Source of the DNA: Alphaproteobacteria bacterium | GTDB taxonomy: Bacteria; Pseudomonadota; Alphaproteobacteria; MPNO01 | NCBI GenBank assembly: GCA_965248835.1 | Contig: CBDFLJ010000001.1 | Span: 1,824,001 to 1,888,000 of the forward strand | DNA: 64,000 nucleotides | Reading direction: 5' to 3' | In this document: in pieces, positions 59,033 through 64,000 of the stretch | Layout: each line of letters starts with the position of its first letter | Numbering within the stretch: the first letter of the stretch is position 1 | Notes under the pieces: generated by a model | Told to the model about the DNA's origin: nothing | Seen by the model: the letters and a program-made list of their open reading frames with translations, nothing else | The model's database searches: none | Made by a program: the position numbers and the translations under genes

Positions 59033-60457
59033 TTGACCGGGACCGCCGCCGGGGACGGGGACGAGACCGGCTGGCTCGACTTGCTGCGGTCCGGCCGTGC
59101 GGTGTTCACCGGGCTGCTCAACCTCGCGGTCATCCTGCACGGCGTCCATTCGTTCGTCCTGGCGACCGTGATGCCGTCGGTGATCGCCGACATCGGCGGG
59201 GCGGCTTATTACGCCTGGCCGGCGATGGTCTATATGATCGGGACGATCATCGGCGCGGCCGGCGGCTCGCCGGTGCGCGCCGCTTTCGGCCGCCGCCGCG
59301 GATATGTCCTCTCGGGGCTGATCTTCATTGCCGGCAGCGCGATGGGCGCGGTCGCGCCGACCATCGCGGTGCTGCTCGCCGGCCAGATGATCCAGGGCCT
59401 GGGCGGCGGGTTGCTGCTGTCGCAATCGATGGCGCTGGTCCGCGAGCTTTACGAGGGGCCGCTGCGGACCCGGATCCTGGCGCTGATCAACACCGCCTGG
59501 GTGGCCGCGGCCCTGATCGGGCCGGCCGGCGCCGGGTTTTTCGCCGGGATCGACTGGTGGCGCGGCGCGTTCTGGGCGGTGATCCCGTTCGCGCTGCTGG
59601 TCTGCGGGCTGGCCTGGCGCTACGTGCCGGCCTCCGAGACCCCGGCGGCCCGCCCCGGCATTCCGGTGCGCAGGCTGGCGCTTCTCGCCGCCGGCGTGTT
59701 CTGCGTCGGCGGCGCCGGCCAGATCGACGCCATCGCGCCGGGGGTGGCTCTGGTCCTTGCCGCGGGCGTTCTGATTTGGGCCACCCTGCGGCTCGATGCC
59801 GCCGCCGATGCCGACAACGCTCTGTTCCCGACGCGGCCTCTGTCCATGTCGACTCCGGTCGGCGCGACCTATTGGATCTTCATCTCCATCGCGCTGACCC
59901 AGATCGCGCCCAGCATTTTCCTGCCGCTGCTGCTCGGCGGGCTGCACGACGTGGCGATGCTCTGGGTCGGCTACTACAACATGCTGATGTCCTGCGCCTG
60001 GTCGGTCGGCTCGATCGCGGTGGCCCATATCACCAGCCGGTCGGGGACGCGGCTTGCGATGGTCGTGGGATCCCTGCTGTCGCTGGTGGGCCTTGCCGGG
60101 ATTGCTGTCGGCATCGGCCAGGCGGGCCTGGTCTGGCATGGCGCGATGACCGTTCTGGTCGGGCTCGGGATCGGCATCGTCAACGTGCTGGCGATCACCT
60201 GGATCATGGCGATCCCGGCAAGCGGGGAGGAGACGCTGACCGCCTCTGCGATCCCGGCGCTGCGCTCGCTCGGGCTCGCCTTCGGCGCCGCCGCGGTGGG
60301 GTTGATCGCCAACGCCGGCGGGCTCGGCGATGCGAGCGATCCGGAGGCGATCGCGGGAGCGCTGAGATGGGTTTTCGGGCTGTGCGCGCTGGCGCCTGCG
60401 GCGGGGCTGGTGATGGTCTACCGGACCTTCGCGCTGGCTGGCCGGTCCGCGGCGTGA
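59033..60457 (+). CDS. MFS transporter (14-TM type)
   Basis: TVMPSVIADIGG, FGRRR, GQMIQGLGGG, many TM segments. TTG start approximate. Confidence 0.88.
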   Translation: MTGTAAGDGDETGWLDLLRSGRAVFTGLLNLAVILHGVHSFVLATVMPSVIADIGGAAYYAWPAMVYMIGTIIGAAGGSPVRAAFGRRRGYVLSGLIFIAGSAMGAVAPTIAVLLAGQMIQGLGGGLLLSQSMALVRELYEGPLRTRILALINTAWVAAALIGPAGAGFFAGIDWWRGAFWAVIPFALLVCGLAWRYVPASETPAARPGIPVRRLALLAAGVFCVGGAGQIDAIAPGVALVLAAGVLIWATLRLDAAADADNALFPTRPLSMSTPVGATYWIFISIALTQIAPSIFLPLLLGGLHDVAMLWVGYYNMLMSCAWSVGSIAVAHITSRSGTRLAMVVGSLLSLVGLAGIAVGIGQAGLVWHGAMTVLVGLGIGIVNVLAITWIMAIPASGEETLTASAIPALRSLGLAFGAAAVGLIANAGGLGDASDPEAIAGALRWVFGLCALAPAAGLVMVYRTFALAGRSAA

Positions 60458-60464
60458 GGCCGGA

Positions 60465-61343
60465 TCAGCGGATCACCTTTCCGCCCCGGCGCTCCTCGCG
60501 CCAGGTGTTGTAATAGGCCGCACCGAAGATCACCGCCGCGCCGGCGAGCGTGGACGTCCGCACCGGCTCGGCGAACAGCATGATGCCGGCGGCGACCGAC
60601 ATCGGCAGGCGCAGGAAATCGAACGGCACGACGAAGCTCGCATCGGCCGAGGCCATCGAGCGCGTCACGCAGTAATGGGTGGTATAGCCGGTGATCCCCA
60701 GCCCGATGATCAGCGGCAGGTCGCCCCACTGCGGGGTCTGCCAGACGAACAGCGCCGGGACCGCCGAGAAGACCAGGATGAAGACGCTCATGTAGAACAC
60801 CACCGCGTTGGCCGATTCGGTGGTCGCCAGCCGCTTGGTGGTCACGAACGAGGCCGAGTAGAGGAATGCCGCGAGCAGCACGACGAACGGCCCGAACCCG
60901 GACGTGATCTGATCGGGCCGCAGGATGATCACCGTACCGGCGAACCCGGCGACAACGACCAGGGCGCGGCCGGCATCGACCTTTTCGCGCAGGATGATCA
61001 CGGCCATCGCCACGGTGAAGATCGGCATCGTGAACTGGAGCGCGGACAACTCGGCCAGGGTGACCATGGTCACCGCATAGAACCAGGCCAGGTTGCCGCC
61101 GTATTGCAGTGCGTTCCTGAGCCCGTGCAGGCCGAGGCGCCCGGTCCTGACGCCGGCCAAGCCGGTCCGCGCGATCCACGGCACCATCAGGCACAGATTG
61201 ACCACGTTGCGCAGAAAGATCAGTTCGAGCACGTTGTAGGTCGGTGTCAGGAACCGGATGAGCAGCGCCATCGCGACCAGCGACGCCGCCGCGCCGATCA
61301 TCCACAGCGCGCCCTGGACCGGTTTCGAGATCCCCGCGGGCAA
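60465..61343 (-). CDS. DMT/EamA family transporter
   Basis: FLRN, FTMPIF, LREKV, PFDFLRL. Confidence 0.9.
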   Translation of the reverse strand: MPAGISKPVQGALWMIGAAASLVAMALLIRFLTPTYNVLELIFLRNVVNLCLMVPWIARTGLAGVRTGRLGLHGLRNALQYGGNLAWFYAVTMVTLAELSALQFTMPIFTVAMAVIILREKVDAGRALVVVAGFAGTVIILRPDQITSGFGPFVVLLAAFLYSASFVTTKRLATTESANAVVFYMSVFILVFSAVPALFVWQTPQWGDLPLIIGLGITGYTTHYCVTRSMASADASFVVPFDFLRLPMSVAAGIMLFAEPVRTSTLAGAAVIFGAAYYNTWREERRGGKVIR

Positions 61344-61349
61344 GTCGGC

Positions 61350-61889
61350 TCAGCCGGGCTGCGGTTCCAGCACCTTGACGCGGTTCTTCGCAGGCGCGTA
61401 GCGATAGCGCAGCGTCTTGTCCAGATCGCAGCCTGTCACCCGGACCAGGCGGGTCTCCAGCGGCCGGTCGAGCGAATGGATCACGCCTTCGTTGTAGACG
61501 TGGGCCTCGCCGCAGTGGAGCACGTATCTGCGCGCCGGCTCGAGCGCCGCGTGGCCTTCCCGCGTGCCGTCGTCAAGCCGGTTCCACTCGGTCATCTCGA
61601 CATGGTTCATGGCCATGCCGTAGACCACCCAGGACGGCCCGTGGCAGTGCGGCGAATTGTTCGAAGGCCCGCGGTTGGTGTGGGCCATGACGTGGAATCC
61701 GTGCTCGGGATCGACGTACAGGGTCTCCGCGCCGGATTGCTTGTCGGGGCCGAGATGGGCGGCCACGAAGCCGGGCTCGACCAACAGGGATTCCAGGCAC
61801 CGGGCCAGCGCCTCGCGTCCGGCAGGACCCGGATCCCGTGTCAGCGCGGCGGCCGCATCGGTGCAGAACTGTTCCAGCGAATATCCCAT
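61350..61889 (-). CDS. Cupin, cysteine-dioxygenase-like
   Basis: SPHCHG.SWVVYG ... IHS (3-His site). Confidence 0.75.
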   Translation of the reverse strand: MGYSLEQFCTDAAAALTRDPGPAGREALARCLESLLVEPGFVAAHLGPDKQSGAETLYVDPEHGFHVMAHTNRGPSNNSPHCHGPSWVVYGMAMNHVEMTEWNRLDDGTREGHAALEPARRYVLHCGEAHVYNEGVIHSLDRPLETRLVRVTGCDLDKTLRYRYAPAKNRVKVLEPQPG

Positions 61890-61983
61890 CGATCGAATCT
61901 CCCGCCTGGGGCACCGATCATATCCGCGCGGCCGGCTCGCCGTCCACGGCCGGAGCCCGGGCCGGCCGCCGAGCGATTTGCAA

Positions 61984-62217
61984 TCAGTGATGCTGGACCG
62001 GGCCGGCCGGCGGCAGGTCCTCCTCGAGGATCGAGATCATCAGAGCGTAGGAGACCTCGCCCTCGTCCTCGTCGCGGTGGACGACTCCCAGGAACTCGCC
62101 ATTGACCTCGACCTCGACGCCGCCGCGGAGATCCTTCGACTGAAAGACCGAGATCCCGCCGTTATCGAAGGTTTTTCGCAGGTATTGCTGAATGCGCCAA
62201 GTTTCGGTGGGCGTCAT
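61984..62217 (-). CDS. DUF3126-like small conserved alphaproteobacterial protein
   Basis: E...IQQYLRKTF.N...EV..GEFLGV..RDEDEGEVSY...ISILEEDL. Confidence 0.85.
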   Translation of the reverse strand: MTPTETWRIQQYLRKTFDNGGISVFQSKDLRGGVEVEVNGEFLGVVHRDEDEGEVSYALMISILEEDLPPAGPVQHH

Positions 62218-62352
62218 CGTCGGCTCCGGTTTATCGCGGTTTCGTCGGTTTGCATATGCGGCAACGGGATCCGGTCGGGCAAGCATCTCGATGCCGCATC
62301 GTCGGGATGGGACATGCGCCGGACGCGCCGGAACGCGTTGCGCGGCGACCGG

Positions 62353-63411
62353 TCAGGCGTTGCCGCGGACCTCTCGGAACCAGCCGAGCTGGTCGTGGAC
62401 CGGCTTGTCGGAGAAGCTGAAGAGGAAGGCGTCGCCGTCGGCCTCGTGGTGGTGGCGGTACCATGCCGGCACGACGAAGGAATCGCGCGGGCCCCATTCG
62501 AAGCTCTCGTCGCCGATCACCGTCCGGCCGGTGCCCTCGACTACCGAGTAGACCCAGGCCGCCGTCGAGCGGTAGGTCTCGGTCGCGAACCCGTCGGGGA
62601 GGAGCTGTATGTAGGTTCCCAGCGTCGGCATCGTCGGCCCGCCGTTGGCCGGGTTGACGTATTGCATCTTGACCCCGTGATAGGGATCGATGTCCTGGGC
62701 CTTGGCGCAGGTCTCCAGCGCCTCGCGGACCTTGGCATAAGGGTAGTGGAAGACCGGCGAGTTCTTCTCGTCCTTCAACGTCGCGCCGAAGGGCAGCATG
62801 TTGGCGCCGTAGCGGTGCTGGTTGTCGCCGGCCGGGTTGCCCGCGGCATTGTAGTCGTCGGGATGCGGCTCGGCGAAGACCGGGCCCATGAAGCGGACCA
62901 TCGGGATGTCGAGCCCGTCGAGCCAGACCACCGGCTCGGTTCCCTCGTGCCCGTGGTCGTGCCAGACCCAGGACGGGGTGAGGATCAGATCGCCGGGTTC
63001 CATATAGGCCTTCTCGCCGTTGATCGCGGTGAACGCGCGGCTGCCCTCGACGATGAAGCGCAGCGCGGCGGGGCTGTGGCGGTGGGTGGCGGCGACCTCG
63101 CCCGGCATGATGAGCTGCAGCCCGGCAAAGAGCGCCTCGGTGATGCAGGCCTTGCCGCGCATCGAGGGGTTCTCGAGGATAAGCACGCGCCGCTCGGCCT
63201 CCTCGGTCGAGATCACCTGGGCCGATTCCATCAGCGCAGGTCGCAGGGCGTCATAGTTCCACAGATACGGCGTCGCCTGGGTCACCGGCTCCTTGGCCAG
63301 GAGCTTGTGCAGCACCTCCCACAACGGCGCGATGTTGTAGGTATCGATGCGGCCGTAATAGTCGGCCCGCGCGTTGGTCATCTCCGGCTTGGACTCCAGC
63401 GCCCTGCTCAT
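62353..63411 (-). CDS. gtdA: Gentisate 1,2-dioxygenase (bicupin)
   Basis: PLW, AERRVLILENP, GLQLIMPGE, HRH...ALRF, WHDHG, WLDGLD.P, FSFSD.P. Confidence 0.92.
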   Translation of the reverse strand: MSRALESKPEMTNARADYYGRIDTYNIAPLWEVLHKLLAKEPVTQATPYLWNYDALRPALMESAQVISTEEAERRVLILENPSMRGKACITEALFAGLQLIMPGEVAATHRHSPAALRFIVEGSRAFTAINGEKAYMEPGDLILTPSWVWHDHGHEGTEPVVWLDGLDIPMVRFMGPVFAEPHPDDYNAAGNPAGDNQHRYGANMLPFGATLKDEKNSPVFHYPYAKVREALETCAKAQDIDPYHGVKMQYVNPANGGPTMPTLGTYIQLLPDGFATETYRSTAAWVYSVVEGTGRTVIGDESFEWGPRDSFVVPAWYRHHHEADGDAFLFSFSDKPVHDQLGWFREVRGNA

Positions 63412-63571
63412 CTGCGGTCTCCTGTGGCGCGCCATTCGGCGAAATTGAAGGGTTTGAACCGATCATAGTCCCGTGCCCGACCGGCGTACAGAGCCCGGCC
63501 GTTCAAGGCTTCCCGGGCCGCACGAACGCGATCGGCCCGGGTCATGCCGGCGCTCCGACAAGTTTGCCAAA

Positions 63572-63596
63572 CCCTGTTGGATGTACACAATCAGGG
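63572..63596. promoter_or_regulatory. Candidate GntR-type operator (CCCTG-TTGGATGTACACAAT-CAGGG)
   Basis: TGT-N2-ACA core inside an imperfect inverted repeat, overlapping a possible -10 (CACAAT) downstream of TTGCCA. Confidence 0.4.
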
Positions 63597-63682
63597 CATG
63601 AAACATTGCCACGGTATCGCGGCCGCTGCGGACGGCCGGGCAGCTTGGTGCGTGCGGACCGCAATGGCCGGGAAGGCCCGCG

Positions 63683-64000
63683 ATGACCGGCCCTGAGAGC
63701 CTGCTGGTGCGCAACGCCCTGGTGGTCACGCTCGATGACCGGAACACGGTGCACGAGGCCGCCGACGTCCTGATCGAGGACGGCGCGATTGCTGCCGTCG
63801 GAGATGTCGAAGCGCCGGCCGGCTGCCGGCTGCTCGATGCGACCGGCAAGCTGCTGGTGCCGGGGTTCGTCAACGCCCACACCCATTCGCCGACGACTCC
63901 GATGCACGGCACCGGGGACCGCCTCAGCCACCCGGCCTATATGTGGCTCAGCCAGGCCCTTACCGCGGGCAAGACGCCGCGCGAGATCTATGTCAGCGCG
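63683..64000 (+). CDS. Amidohydrolase (truncated by window end)
   Basis: Manual translation: MTGPESLLVRNALVVT...DVLIEDGAIAAVG...DATGKLLVPGFVNAHTH. Confidence 0.88.
   Translation, partial: MTGPESLLVRNALVVTLDDRNTVHEAADVLIEDGAIAAVGDVEAPAGCRLLDATGKLLVPGFVNAHTHSPTTPMHGTGDRLSHPAYMWLSQALTAGKTPREIYVSA

Overview
This is a high-GC alphaproteobacterial chromosomal segment (Rhodospirillales-like by synteny) with about 68 protein-coding genes and one tRNA-Leu(CAG). I see no mobile element, prophage or CRISPR. Conserved core blocks are enoyl-CoA hydratase-mutM-ubiE-ubiB-coaBC-dut-moeB; gltD-gltB-uppP; tRNA-Leu-rnd-kdsD-lptCAB-ptsN-Hsp20; and degP with a two-component pair. They alternate with accessory catabolic stretches at about 8.8-36 kb and 55-64 kb, which hold hmgA, gentisate dioxygenase, a Rieske oxygenase/Mo-hydroxylase/amidohydrolase operon, six amidohydrolase-fold proteins, paired CMD and GST genes, hutU and a split TRAP transporter. 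Best candidates for undescribed biology, all inferred: (1) a 27-36 kb module combining a stand-alone PaaA-like diiron protein, a TRAP binding protein without the usual carboxylate-binding Arg, and an amidohydrolase without the HxxE glutamate; (2) the N-heterocycle-type operon at 12.2-18.3 kb; (3) an SDR/Nu-class GST/LigF-PcpC-like GST trio. Smaller signals: a 5x21-bp tandem repeat, recurrent micro-duplications at gene starts, a 59-aa Zn-ribbon gene missed by the ORF track, an epimerase gene remnant, absence of rpoN-hpf from its usual locus, an ATG-TCT-TGA mini-ORF over the infA start, and a GANTC-rich palindromic promoter. All functional calls come from motif recognition by eye; no database search was run.
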